A stretch of DNA of 24,000 nt from an uncultured Synergistaceae bacterium. GTDB lineage: Bacteria; Synergistota; Synergistia; Synergistales; Dethiosulfovibrionaceae. The number at the start of each line of letters is the position of its first letter. The first letter of the stretch is position 1. The translations under genes and the position numbers were made by a program. A model generated the notes under the pieces. The model was not told where the DNA came from and searched no databases. It saw nothing but the letters and a program-made list of their open reading frames with translations. The stretch lies in NCBI GenBank assembly GCA_964509435.1, contig CAZDXA010000007.1:53059-77058 (forward strand), given 5' to 3'. This document shows positions 1 to 8,058 of the stretch, piece by piece.

Positions 1-207
1 GTTGAAATCATCATCAAATGTGCAGGCTTTCCCGGATTTGAAGCATGACTCGCACGCATGACAGCCGCCCAGTTTCATGAATGCCGCGTCAAACCGGGTC
101 ACTTTGTGACCCTTTTTCTCTGCTTCCCTGATAAATGCCTCAGCCATGGCTGTGCTGTTGCCGTTTCTGCGCGGGCTTCCCGTGATCACTACAACTTTTC
201 TGCTCAT
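1..207 (-). CDS. Flavodoxin-like / NADPH-dependent FMN reductase family protein (N-terminal part, runs off left edge)
   Basis: Manual translation on the minus strand from ATG at 207: MSRKVVVITGSPRRNGNSTAMAEAFIREAEKKGHKVTRFDAAFMKLGGCHACESCFKSGKACTFDDDFN. It has the GSPRxNGNS FMN-binding motif and the CxxCxxC-like cysteines common in iron-sulfur flavoprotein relatives. A strong SD (AGGAGGAGC) lies just upstream. Not in the supplied ORF track because it is open at the window edge. Confidence 0.85.
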   Translation of the reverse strand, partial: MSRKVVVITGSPRRNGNSTAMAEAFIREAEKKGHKVTRFDAAFMKLGGCHACESCFKSGKACTFDDDFN

Positions 208-439
208 TTCTGCTCCTCCTCATCATGATTCCGGCAAAATTGTTCAGGGCCCCTGCCTGAACCTCCTGTGTCCTTAATATTAGACAAAGCAGGAAATATA
301 TCAAGTACGCACATTTACGCCGTATACTATCTTCAGGTAAAGTTATCGTGTCAGGCGGCTTCGCCGGGACGCCGTCTTTTCACTGCCGGACACAGGCAAC
401 GCTGTACTGCGTCCTGACCTGATGGATTCCGGCAGAAAC

Positions 440-481
440 AGCCGCAGACCGTCTCCCTGATTTCAGAGACAGTCTGCGGCT
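440..481. terminator. Intrinsic (probably bidirectional) terminator downstream of the aldo/keto reductase
   Basis: AGCCGCAGACcGTCTC-loop-GAGACaGTCTGCGGCT, a 16-position stem with one mismatch, just past the minus-strand CDS end at 508. Confidence 0.6.
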
Positions 482-507
482 TTCAGTCTGCATGTTATGC
501 CCGAAGT

Positions 508-1365
508 TTATTCACCCGCGTGAACGTCAAAGGCGCTCAGGAGCATTTCCGCCCTGCCCGGCGCGTCGGGATCGTAGGCGCTCCTGCCCGTGTCAAGCGC
601 ACGCATGGCGTTCATATCCTCCTCGCTCAGCGAAAAGTCAAAGATCTCCATGTTGCTCTTCACGCGTTCGGCGTGCGTGGATTTTGGAAATACAATGATT
701 CCTTCCTGGTTTTCAAAGCGAAGGATGATCTGGCCCGGATTTTTATGATATTTCTCAGCAAGAGCAGCAATTACAGTGTTCTGAAGCAGGGACTGGCTGC
801 CGTGACCCAGCGGCGCCCACGCTTCAAGCTTCACGTCCTTTTCAGCCAGGATTTTCCTGAGTTCTTTCTGCTGGAACAACGGGTTGAACTCAACCTGGTT
901 GACGGAGGGCACTGAATCAAACTGAGGGACAAACTTGTTCCACAGTTTCGGAGTCATGTTGCTCACGCCGATCGAACGGATTTTACCGGCTTTCTTTGCT
1001 TCTTCCATGGCGCGCCAGGCTTCGGGAACAGGGCCATAGGGCTGATGAAGCAGATACAGATCGACATAGTCCGTGCCCAGCTTCTTCAGAGACGTGTCAA
1101 TAGCCTTCTTCGCGTCCTCGTACTTATAATCCTGCAGCCACATCTTGCTTGTGAGCCAGATCTGTCCGCGGGGAATGCCGCTGTCTTTCACGGCACGGCC
1201 GACTTCCTGCTCGTTGAAGTATGCAGCAGCCGTATCAATATGTCTGATGCCGAGAGCAAGTGCCTGCCTGACCGCCTTATAAGTGCTGCCGTCTGCCGGA
1301 ATCTGAAATGTGCCGAAGCCGAAAGAGGGAATGCGCGTGCCGTCATTCAGTAAAACTGTCTCCAT
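508..1365 (-). CDS. Aldo/keto reductase
   Basis: 285 aa; GFGTFQIP, IDTAAAYFNEQEVG, TSKMW, YLLHQP, IGVSN, PKSTH motifs of the AKR family. Confidence 0.93.
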   Translation of the reverse strand: METVLLNDGTRIPSFGFGTFQIPADGSTYKAVRQALALGIRHIDTAAAYFNEQEVGRAVKDSGIPRGQIWLTSKMWLQDYKYEDAKKAIDTSLKKLGTDYVDLYLLHQPYGPVPEAWRAMEEAKKAGKIRSIGVSNMTPKLWNKFVPQFDSVPSVNQVEFNPLFQQKELRKILAEKDVKLEAWAPLGHGSQSLLQNTVIAALAEKYHKNPGQIILRFENQEGIIVFPKSTHAERVKSNMEIFDFSLSEEDMNAMRALDTGRSAYDPDAPGRAEMLLSAFDVHAGE

Positions 1366-1436
1366 GCTATTTTCCTCCAGTCATTCTGTCATCTGCAAAA
1401 GCCGAAAATTTCTGCACTGTGCCGTTCCTTCGCCTT

Positions 1437-2288
1437 TCAGTCGTGAATGCGATAGGTGTTCAGCATTTTCACGACTGCGGGCGAATAATGGTCGATAATT
1501 TCAGTGTGTCCCAGGTCCATTTTGGCGATGTCCTTCATATCCTGCGCGCTGAGTTCAAAATTCCAGATGTCAAGGTTCTGCACCATCCGTTCACGGTGCG
1601 TCGACTTGGGAATCACAATCACGCCGCGCTGTACGTTCCACCGCAGAGCAGCCTGCGCTGCGCTTTTGCCGTACTTCGCGCCGATCTTCGTCAAAACGGG
1701 ATGGCTGAAGATGTTGTGCCCTCCCTCTGCAAACGGGCCCCACGCTTCAACAGCCACGCCGTACTCTCTCGCTGTCCTGAGATCCTGTTCACGCTGGAAG
1801 AACGGGTGGCATTCAATCTGGTCGACCGCCGGAACTATTTCCATGTTCAGACACAGATCCGCCAGCCGGTCAGAATAGCAGTTTGCTACGCCGATCGCGC
1901 GGACCTTTCCGTCTTTGCAGGCCTCTTCCAGCGCACGATAGGCACCGTAATAATCACTGAACACCTGGTGCAGCAGAATCAGGTCAATATATTCCACATT
2001 CAGATTCTCAAGGCAGACGTCTATCGCTTTTCTGGCCTTCTCATAGCCGAAATCCTGAACCCAAAGCTTAGTTGTGACAAAAACGTCCTTCCTCGGAATG
2101 CCGCTCTCACGAATGGCCTCGCCGACAGCTTTTTCGTTGAAATATGAAGCAGCCGTATCAATCAGGCGGTAGCCGCTCTCAAGCGCGTCACGCACCGCCT
2201 GCCTGCACTGGGCATGATCGGGAATCTGAAAAACGCCGAAACCTTCCATCGGAATTCTGACGCCGTTGTTTAAAGTTTTGTATTCCAT
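1437..2288 (-). CDS. Aldo/keto reductase (second, divergent paralog)
   Basis: 283 aa; GFGVFQIPD, IDTAASYFNEKAVG, TTKLW, LLHQ, IGVAN, IPKSTHRERM motifs; SD AGGAGG upstream. Confidence 0.93.
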   Translation of the reverse strand: MEYKTLNNGVRIPMEGFGVFQIPDHAQCRQAVRDALESGYRLIDTAASYFNEKAVGEAIRESGIPRKDVFVTTKLWVQDFGYEKARKAIDVCLENLNVEYIDLILLHQVFSDYYGAYRALEEACKDGKVRAIGVANCYSDRLADLCLNMEIVPAVDQIECHPFFQREQDLRTAREYGVAVEAWGPFAEGGHNIFSHPVLTKIGAKYGKSAAQAALRWNVQRGVIVIPKSTHRERMVQNLDIWNFELSAQDMKDIAKMDLGHTEIIDHYSPAVVKMLNTYRIHD

Positions 2289-2348
2289 AAGTCTGCCTCC
2301 TGTATCCTTATCAGTTATTGCGTTATTTTCCTGTTGCGATACAATAAT

Positions 2349-2364
2349 ATCGCTGTTTAGCGAT
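2349..2364. promoter_or_regulatory. Perfect inverted repeat in the AKR / LysR divergent intergenic region; candidate operator
   Basis: ATCGCT-GTTT-AGCGAT between the divergent genes. Confidence 0.45.
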
Positions 2365-2422
2365 TATGTATATTGATTTGTAGTAAAAGAGCTATAACTG
2401 ATAATAATACATGGAGGAAAAA

Positions 2423-3268
2423 ATGATTGAAATTTACCTTCTTGAACAGCTTGCCGCCGCCGCTTCATGCGGCACACTGTCAAAGGCAGCACAGAAGCTG
2501 TGCATTTCTCAGCCGGCTCTTACAAAGTCAATCCGGAAAATAGAGAGCGAATTCGGATTTCCTCTTTTTAACCACATGGGCAACAGGCTTGAAATCAATG
2601 AGGAGGGAAAACTGGCCGCACAGTATGCCGAAAAAATTCTGCGCGAAGAAGAAGAGATGATGAACAGGGTAAGGCAGCAGGAAAAAAGCCGGCATCTGAT
2701 CACTGTTGAAAGCTGTGCACCTGCGCCTCTTGCCGCAGTCCAGCAGTCGCTTCTCCGCCGTATGCCCGAGGTGCCCCTTCAGCTTCAGATGCTTGCTGAT
2801 GAAAAGCAGATTGCTGCCGACCTCTCGCAGCGTGTCTGCCAGATTGCCGTTCTGACGCACTCCCTTGAGGACGGGCTCTGCACGTCGCAGAAGCTCTTCA
2901 CAGAACATCTTTACTTCTCTGTGATGCCGGCCCATCCCGCTGCTGCCATGAAAGCAGTTTCTTTTCATGATATTGACGGTGAGACATTTCTCATTCAGGA
3001 AAACCTTGGCATCTGGTGGCCTCTTGTTCAGAGAGAACTGCCGGCCTCACGGTTCATCCGGCAGAGCAGCCCCCGCGACCTGAATACACTCCGCGAAAAC
3101 TCATCGCTGCCTGCCTTCAGCACCGACATTGCCAGGCGGCTTTTTCAGCCTTTCGAGTCGAAGAGAATCGACGTGCCGATCACTGACAGCACCGCATCCG
3201 TCACATTTTATGCCGTCTGCCTGAAAAAGGACGCCGCGCGTTTCGGCAGCTTCGCTGTCAGCGCATGA
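2423..3268 (+). CDS. LysR-family transcriptional regulator
   Basis: MIEIYLLEQLAAAASCGTLSKAAQKLCISQPALTKSIRKIESEFGFPLF is a LysR HTH. The ORF track starts at 2411, but GGAGG at 2413-2417 is the likely SD and ATG 2423 the likely start. Confidence 0.88.
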   Translation: MIEIYLLEQLAAAASCGTLSKAAQKLCISQPALTKSIRKIESEFGFPLFNHMGNRLEINEEGKLAAQYAEKILREEEEMMNRVRQQEKSRHLITVESCAPAPLAAVQQSLLRRMPEVPLQLQMLADEKQIAADLSQRVCQIAVLTHSLEDGLCTSQKLFTEHLYFSVMPAHPAAAMKAVSFHDIDGETFLIQENLGIWWPLVQRELPASRFIRQSSPRDLNTLRENSSLPAFSTDIARRLFQPFESKRIDVPITDSTASVTFYAVCLKKDAARFGSFAVSA

Positions 3269-3516
3269 CGCTGAGCATGCTGTGCCGTTTCGCTGCCATT
3301 TCGCAGCGGATGGACACTGCTGACTCAGCGATGCCGTCATTTTTATTTTCCGCAGACGCCTGTGTCCTCTTATTACTGCTGACCGGCTGCAATTTTAAAG
3401 GCTTCGCTGGCTGCTCAGCAATCTGCCTGACATCTCCCTCTGACTTAACAGGCACCGTCATTTTATCTTCAGTGGTGCCGGCAGATCTGTTCTCCGAAGC
3501 ACCGTCTGCCATAAAA

Positions 3517-3542
3517 AAAAGCGCGCCCGGAAGCGCGCTTTT
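3517..3542. terminator. Bidirectional intrinsic terminator between convergent lysR and rpiR-type genes
   Basis: AAAA-GCGCGC-CCGGAA-GCGCGC-TTTT, with an A8 run on the left that acts as a T tract on the minus strand. Confidence 0.75.
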
Positions 3543-3588
3543 AACAGTTTGCAGATGACGTTTTCCGCCGTTCAGATGCCGGACGGCG

Positions 3589-4461
3589 TCAGTACCTCAG
3601 CGAGTACACCGGGTAGTACAGCCGTTCGTCATGAAGGATTTTGCTCTGCTCGTTCAGGGCTTTGAGAGCGGCGTCCCCCATGTCAACGGAAAGCCGCGAT
3701 GTGAGAATATGGATCAGGAACAGCGGGCCGATCAGGCTGCTGCCGAACGTGGGGCTGTTGTCGCTGACAAACAGGGTCAGATCTGAATAGCTGCACACGG
3801 GCGCGGCGGGGCTGTCGGTAATAGTGATGACCTTTGCTCCCAGCTCGTGTCCCTTCTGAACGGCTTCGGTAAGAAGCACTGAATAGCTGGGCAGGTCAAA
3901 CGCAACAATAACGTCGTCTCTGCGAACGCTGCGGGCCTGTTCGATCAGCGTCAGACAGCCTGAACCGGGGTACATCTGATGGGCAGGCAGCCCGAGCTCG
4001 CGCAGACGGCTGTGAAGGCACTCGGCCATCATGCCTGAAATGCTCCAGCCCGCACAGTACACATCACGGGCGTTTTTGATGAAAGCGCAGAACTTCTTTA
4101 CATCCTCAGCATGAAGACTTTTCCATGTATCCTCAAGGTTGGCATGTTCCATCTGGCGGATGCGCTCTGAAAGATCGCCTTCCTCGCTCATGGCACGGGC
4201 CAGCATGGCCGCGGGATTGACCTGTTCAAGGACGGCTTTCTTGAGTTCTCTCTTCAGATCGGCATACCCTTCAAAGCCCAGCAGACGCGCTACACGCACT
4301 ACCTGGGCCTTCGAAACATCGAGCTGATCAGCGACCTCGCCGATTGAAATAAACGCCGCCTCGCGCATGTGCGTGAGCAGATACTCTACAACGCGGCGCG
4401 CCTTCGCAGGAACTTTGTCAAGATTATTCCGAAGCAGATCCTGAAGTTTATTGGCTTCCAT
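3589..4461 (-). CDS. MurR/RpiR-family transcriptional regulator (HTH + SIS domain)
   Basis: 290 aa; N-terminal SIGEVADQLDVSKAQVVRVARLLGFEGYADLKREL helix-turn-helix, followed by a SIS-like domain (DVYCAGWSISG, GAKVITITDSPAAPV). Confidence 0.88.
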   Translation of the reverse strand: MEANKLQDLLRNNLDKVPAKARRVVEYLLTHMREAAFISIGEVADQLDVSKAQVVRVARLLGFEGYADLKRELKKAVLEQVNPAAMLARAMSEEGDLSERIRQMEHANLEDTWKSLHAEDVKKFCAFIKNARDVYCAGWSISGMMAECLHSRLRELGLPAHQMYPGSGCLTLIEQARSVRRDDVIVAFDLPSYSVLLTEAVQKGHELGAKVITITDSPAAPVCSYSDLTLFVSDNSPTFGSSLIGPLFLIHILTSRLSVDMGDAALKALNEQSKILHDERLYYPVYSLRY

Positions 4462-4492
4462 CTCTAAGGCTCCTCTTGAAAATAAAATAAAC

Positions 4493-4517
4493 TTTTGTAC
4501 AGAAACATTTTACAAAA
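4493..4517. promoter_or_regulatory. Inverted repeat upstream of the rpiR-type gene; candidate autoregulatory operator
   Basis: TTTTGTA-N11-TACAAAA, 32 bp before the start codon at 4461. Confidence 0.35.
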
Positions 4518-4740
4518 AATAAAATGGTACGTCAACAGCACGGCGCGCAGCTGAAAATGAACTCAATGAAACACTATTTTCATTTCCTCGTGCATGTTTC
4601 CTTCCGTTATGCTGTCTCTGCGCCGCAGTCTGCCATTTCCGCCTGCACCTGCAGGCTGCTTCTGCCTCAGAGGTGTTTTTCTGCCGTGCGCGTCTCTGTT
4701 TCCGATTCAGACAGACGGCTGCCGGGGGGTATCTCTGTGA

Positions 4741-4774
4741 GTCTGCCGCGGCAAAACTGCCGGCAGGCTTTTTT
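4741..4774 (+). terminator. Putative orphan intrinsic terminator on + strand
   Basis: GTCTGCCG-N12-CGGCAGGC followed by TTTTTT; no credible + strand CDS lies upstream. Confidence 0.45.
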
Positions 4775-5019
4775 CATCTTCTATAGAGACGACCTGCCTT
4801 CCGCCGATAATAAAAGGTTCAAGTCCTCAATGCCGCACAGCAGGGTAAGTTCAGCTATCAGGGAAACTGCCGGCCGGGCTGGAAGCTGGCAGCCAGCCGG
4901 GCGCTCGGCTTCGCCTGAATATAATCCCTGCAGGCCGCGCCGGCATGTTCAGCCGGGACGTCCTGCACAGCCTCCCCGGCCGGAAATTTTTCCTCAGCCG
5001 TGCAGGTACATTCATAAAG

Positions 5020-5053
5020 AACCCCGCAGGCTGGGTGTCCAGCCTGCGGGGTT
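5020..5053. terminator. Strong intrinsic terminator downstream of the ImmA-type gene
   Basis: Perfect 15-bp stem AACCCCGCAGGCTGG-GTGT-CCAGCCTGCGGGGTT. U-rich tracts follow in both directions (TTCTTC on +, CTTTA on -). Confidence 0.75.
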
Positions 5054-5144
5054 TTCTTCACGACAGAATTCCAAAAGCAGTTTTGTGTTCTTTCTGTCCC
5101 GCCTGAATGTGCAAAGCGCGATTTTTTTCAGGTACAAAAGGCGT

Positions 5145-5597
5145 TCACTCATCGCCGCCGTCTTCAGTCCAGTCTTCCATCAGAACGGCCCAGGCAAACT
5201 GATCGGCCTGATATTCAAATCCGTTCATGTTGGCCTGTGTCTGAGACCAGAAATAACAGCCTCTGCTGTCATGCAGCAGATGATGCACTTCGTGATAAAA
5301 TGCGAAGCGCTGCCAGAAACGGGGCAGTTCGCTGTTAAGGTGAATACGGCAGCGTTTCAGTTCGCGGCTCGTATATGTAAAGCCCCACATACCTGGCCCC
5401 ATTGAAACCCGGACCACCTCAGCCTCAAGGCCTGTGCATTCCTCGAGTTTCACCATGGCGTCAAATTCGTCAAGGTTCTGCCATTCCGCTGCCTCGCGGC
5501 GGATTGATGGTTCAATGTACTCGGGAGGCCGCGGAAATTGAAAATCCTCTTCTCCGTCAGTCCTTCTCAGACTCGTTTTCGGCACGCTTGGGCTCAC
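5145..5597 (-). CDS. ImmA/IrrE-family metallo-endopeptidase-like protein
   Basis: YHEVHHLLHD (HExxH) followed by FEYQADQFAWAVLM (E..AD.FA), the typical zinc-peptidase arrangement of ImmA/IrrE proteins. Overlaps the upstream XRE gene. Confidence 0.82.
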   Translation of the reverse strand: MSPSVPKTSLRRTDGEEDFQFPRPPEYIEPSIRREAAEWQNLDEFDAMVKLEECTGLEAEVVRVSMGPGMWGFTYTSRELKRCRIHLNSELPRFWQRFAFYHEVHHLLHDSRGCYFWSQTQANMNGFEYQADQFAWAVLMEDWTEDGGDE

Positions 5598-5940
5598 TCT
5601 CCCAGTCGCTCAGGGCTGCGTCAATCAGGCGCTGAACCATGCTCATGTCGCGTTCGGTCAGTTTGTGGCTGCGGTACCAGATCTCAACGGGTTTCGGGCT
5701 GTCAAAAAGCTCTTCAAGCTGCAGACGGCCGCCGTTCTCGCGCGTAAAATCCTCAAGCAGATCAGAAGGTTCCACACCCAGCTTATCGGCAAGGCGGCGA
5801 AGGAGCTTCATCGACGGGTTGCGCCTGTTGCTCTCCAGTGCCTGTATATAAATCCTGCTCACATCGGTGGCATCAGCAAGCTGCTGCTGAGTCATCCCGA
5901 GAGACTTACGGAGTGTCCGGATGCGAAGACCAAGTGTCAT
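5557..5940 (-). CDS. XRE-family HTH transcriptional regulator
   Basis: GLRIRTLRKSLGMTQQQLADATDVSRIYIQALESNRRNPSMKLLRRLADKLGVEPSDLL. The ORF track starts at TTG 5943; ATG at 5940 is better placed after GGGAGG. Confidence 0.9.
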   Translation of the reverse strand: MTLGLRIRTLRKSLGMTQQQLADATDVSRIYIQALESNRRNPSMKLLRRLADKLGVEPSDLLEDFTRENGGRLQLEELFDSPKPVEIWYRSHKLTERDMSMVQRLIDAALSDWESEPKRAENESEKD

Positions 5941-5968
5941 CAAGATAACCTCCCAGTAATAAAAAAGT

Positions 5969-6005
5969 GTACTATAAATATACTACAACAATATTCTGTT
6001 GACAA
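5969..6005 (-). promoter_or_regulatory. Promoter and overlapping dyad for the XRE-ImmA operon
   Basis: Minus-strand TTGTCA (6005-6000) - N17 - TATATT (5982-5977). The -10 sits inside the dyad GTACTATA-AA-TATACTAC (5969-5986; 7 of 8 arm positions complementary). Confidence 0.5.
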
Positions 6006-6142
6006 GTACCCAAAAATTAATTTTTTCCGGAGCATAAAATTATTTTTTCACAGATATGTCAAAAAACTAAATTTTCATGTATAATGTTCCTGTCGGTTCA
6101 TTCTTTTTATTTATGGATGAACGCTTTAAAGGAGCTGATTAC

Positions 6143-7024
6143 ATGGACTTCAAGGAACTGGAAACCTTTGTCTCCATCGTTGAAAAAGGCAGCATTTCGG
6201 CCGCGGCTGCCGCGCTCGGCATCTCCCAGCCGGCGGTCAGCAAGCGTGTTGCCCGTATCGAAGAAGAAATGGGCGCCACAATGTTTGCCAACGGCCATAA
6301 ACATTCCACTCTCACTTCCGAAGGCGCCGTGCTCTATAAGGCTGCGCTGAAAATGCTGGATACCCGCAAGAAGGCACGCATCCAGATCGCGGAAATCTCG
6401 CAGGAACTTTACGGCACGGTGAGGATCAGCTCAAGCTCCATACCGGGCGATTTCATTCTGCCCGGACTTCTTGTGGAATTCATGGAAAAGCATCCCGGCG
6501 TCAGTGTGCAGGTTACGCAGGGCGATTCACAGTCAGCGCTTGAGGATCTGACTGACAAGAAGTCTGATCTCGCAGTGATCGGTTCAGACAAGAATCTGCC
6601 GGGATTTACAAGTATTCCCTTTTATCATGACGAGCTGGTGCTCATAGTAAACCGCAGTCACCCGCTGGCTGCAAAGAAATTCATCACCATGGAAGAAATC
6701 ACCGGTCTGAAACTGGTGGGACGCACTTCCGGTTCCGGCAGCCGCCAGGCGTGGGAACGGGTTTACAAAAGCCGCACAGGCACGCTGAAAGAACCTGAAC
6801 TTCAGTTCGGCCATACCATGGGCGTGGTCAACGCTGTTGCCAGCGGCGCCGAAGCAGGCATCGTATCGCGTTTCGCGGCACAGGCATCGCCGAGCGTGAT
6901 CATGCTGCCCTTCAAGCCCGCCGTGTACCGTGCGTTCCATCTGGTGTACGGGCTTTGCGAAACAAAAGCAGTTGAAGTCCTTGTATCGTTCCTGATCCAA
7001 AAGGCCGAACAGATCGGCAAATAA
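6143..7024 (+). CDS. LysR-family transcriptional regulator
   Basis: MDFKELETFVSIVEKGSISAAAAALGISQPAVSKRVARIEEEMGATMF HTH plus substrate-binding domain. The ORF track starts at 6077, but GGAG at 6131 supports ATG 6143. Confidence 0.9.
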   Translation: MDFKELETFVSIVEKGSISAAAAALGISQPAVSKRVARIEEEMGATMFANGHKHSTLTSEGAVLYKAALKMLDTRKKARIQIAEISQELYGTVRISSSSIPGDFILPGLLVEFMEKHPGVSVQVTQGDSQSALEDLTDKKSDLAVIGSDKNLPGFTSIPFYHDELVLIVNRSHPLAAKKFITMEEITGLKLVGRTSGSGSRQAWERVYKSRTGTLKEPELQFGHTMGVVNAVASGAEAGIVSRFAAQASPSVIMLPFKPAVYRAFHLVYGLCETKAVEVLVSFLIQKAEQIGK

Positions 7025-7040
7025 ATCTCTCCTGACAGGC

Positions 7041-7087
7041 ATGACAAAAAGCCGGTCCGCATGCAAAGCGGGCCGGCTTTTTGTCAT
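7041..7087. terminator. Bidirectional intrinsic terminator between convergent lysR and arsR-type genes
   Basis: 20-bp stem ATGACAAAAAGCCGGTCCGC-ATGCAAA-GCGGGCCGGCTTTTTGTCAT (one G:U), containing the T5/A5 tracts and overlapping the arsR-type stop codon. Confidence 0.85.
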
Positions 7088-7449
7088 ATTTCAGCAAAAG
7101 GACAGACAATTTTCATGAGCTTTTCAATGACTTCATGTAGAATCCGTGCAGCTTCGGAATCGGCCGCGCGGTAATAGACCTCTTTCCCCTCGCGGCGGCT
7201 GGCGATCAGTCCCGCGTTTTTCAAAAGCCGCAGATGATGAGACACCGCTGGACTTGACATTTCCGTGAGGGCAGAGATGTTGATGACGCACTCCTCTCCG
7301 TGGCAGAGAAGCCAGAAAATGCGAAGACGGCTCGGGTCACTGAGCTGCTTGAAAGCATCCGCTACAGGGGCAAAATCACCGGCGCCGGGAAACGACGCCG
7401 TCATTTTTTCTATCGGTTGTCCGTGATGGTGAGGCAGTTCTGCGGGCAT
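7084..7449 (-). CDS. ArsR/SmtB-family metalloregulator
   Basis: FKQLSDPSRLRIFWLLCHGEECVINISALTEMSSPAVSHHLRLLKNAGLIASRREGKEVYY winged helix; divergent from the metal-transport genes. Confidence 0.92.
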   Translation of the reverse strand: MPAELPHHHGQPIEKMTASFPGAGDFAPVADAFKQLSDPSRLRIFWLLCHGEECVINISALTEMSSPAVSHHLRLLKNAGLIASRREGKEVYYRAADSEAARILHEVIEKLMKIVCPFAEI

Positions 7450-7503
7450 TCAATCACCTCTATTTTTCATTATTTTATCCCTTTATTTTTACCACAGATC
7501 AGG

Positions 7504-7515
7504 TGTTCCGGAACA
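7504..7515. promoter_or_regulatory. 12-bp perfect palindrome, candidate metalloregulator operator
   Basis: TGTTCCGGAACA between the arsR-type gene and the HMA gene. Confidence 0.35.
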
Positions 7516-7592
7516 TTTTTTTTACGCGCCGGCGCACAGTTTTCAAAAAATACTTTTTCATGTAAGAAGGCAACAGAACATTTACTTAAGCC

Positions 7593-7621
7593 TTGACAGA
7601 CTTTCATGACTGTGATAGATT
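7593..7621 (+). promoter_or_regulatory. Predicted sigma70-type promoter of the HMA gene
   Basis: TTGACA (7593-7598) - 17 bp - TAGATT (7616-7621), followed by the inverted repeat ATTAAA-CAATCA-TTTAAT (7632-7649). Confidence 0.55.
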
Positions 7622-7681
7622 TTTAGCAACGATTAAACAATCATTTAATTATAAATTTTCCATTCAAAAGGAGCTGTTATC

Positions 7682-7900
7682 ATGAAAAAGAGCTACAAAA
7701 TCGATGTCGACTGTGCAAACTGCGCCAACAAGATGGAACAGGCCACCAGGGAAACCCCCGGCGTGAAAAACGCTTCGGTCAATTTCATGATGCTGAAAAT
7801 GAATGTTGAGTTTGCCGACGGCGTCACGCCTTCAGACGTGATGGAACAGGTCCGGGCAAACTGCAAAAAGGTGGAGGACGACTGCGAAGTTTATCTTTAA
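7682..7900 (+). CDS. Small heavy-metal-associated (HMA/CopZ-like) protein
   Basis: 72 aa; VDCANCANKMEQATRETPGVKNASVNFMMLKMNVEF is a single HMA fold with a CxxC motif; AAGGAG SD upstream. Confidence 0.88.
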   Translation: MKKSYKIDVDCANCANKMEQATRETPGVKNASVNFMMLKMNVEFADGVTPSDVMEQVRANCKKVEDDCEVYL

Positions 7901-7920
7901 AACAGCAGATGCTTTCCCGG

Positions 7921-7950
7921 CGCTCTCAGATGTGCCTGAGAGCGTTTTTT
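7921..7950 (+). terminator. Intrinsic terminator between the HMA gene and the ATPase gene
   Basis: CGCTCTCAG-ATGTGC-CTGAGAGCG followed immediately by TTTTTT. Confidence 0.8.
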
Positions 7951-8058
7951 CACATCATAAACACATGAATATTTATTCATATATAAAATCGGCATACCCG
8001 TGTGCCGCACTTAAAGAACAAAATTTTTATAAGGCTGTGAAGATGGAGGATTTCAGCG

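Noticed and set aside
1308-2147. 279-aa + strand ORF opposite the second aldo/keto reductase
   Set aside because: Shadow ORF; the minus-strand frame carries all AKR motifs.
3265-3558. 97-aa + strand ORF after lysR with a lipobox-like LLLLTGC
   Set aside because: No SD, no signal-peptide charge pattern at the start, and its 3' end lies in the bidirectional terminator.
4800-4830. tRNA T-arm-like string GGTTCAAGTCCTC
   Set aside because: Flanking bases give only 3 of 5 stem pairs, and no D arm, anticodon arm or acceptor stem can be found upstream.
4524-5405. 293-aa + strand ORF spanning the rpiR/immA gap
   Set aside because: Passes through two terminator hairpins, overlaps immA antisense, has Arg/Ser/Pro-rich composition typical of non-coding frames, and has no SD.
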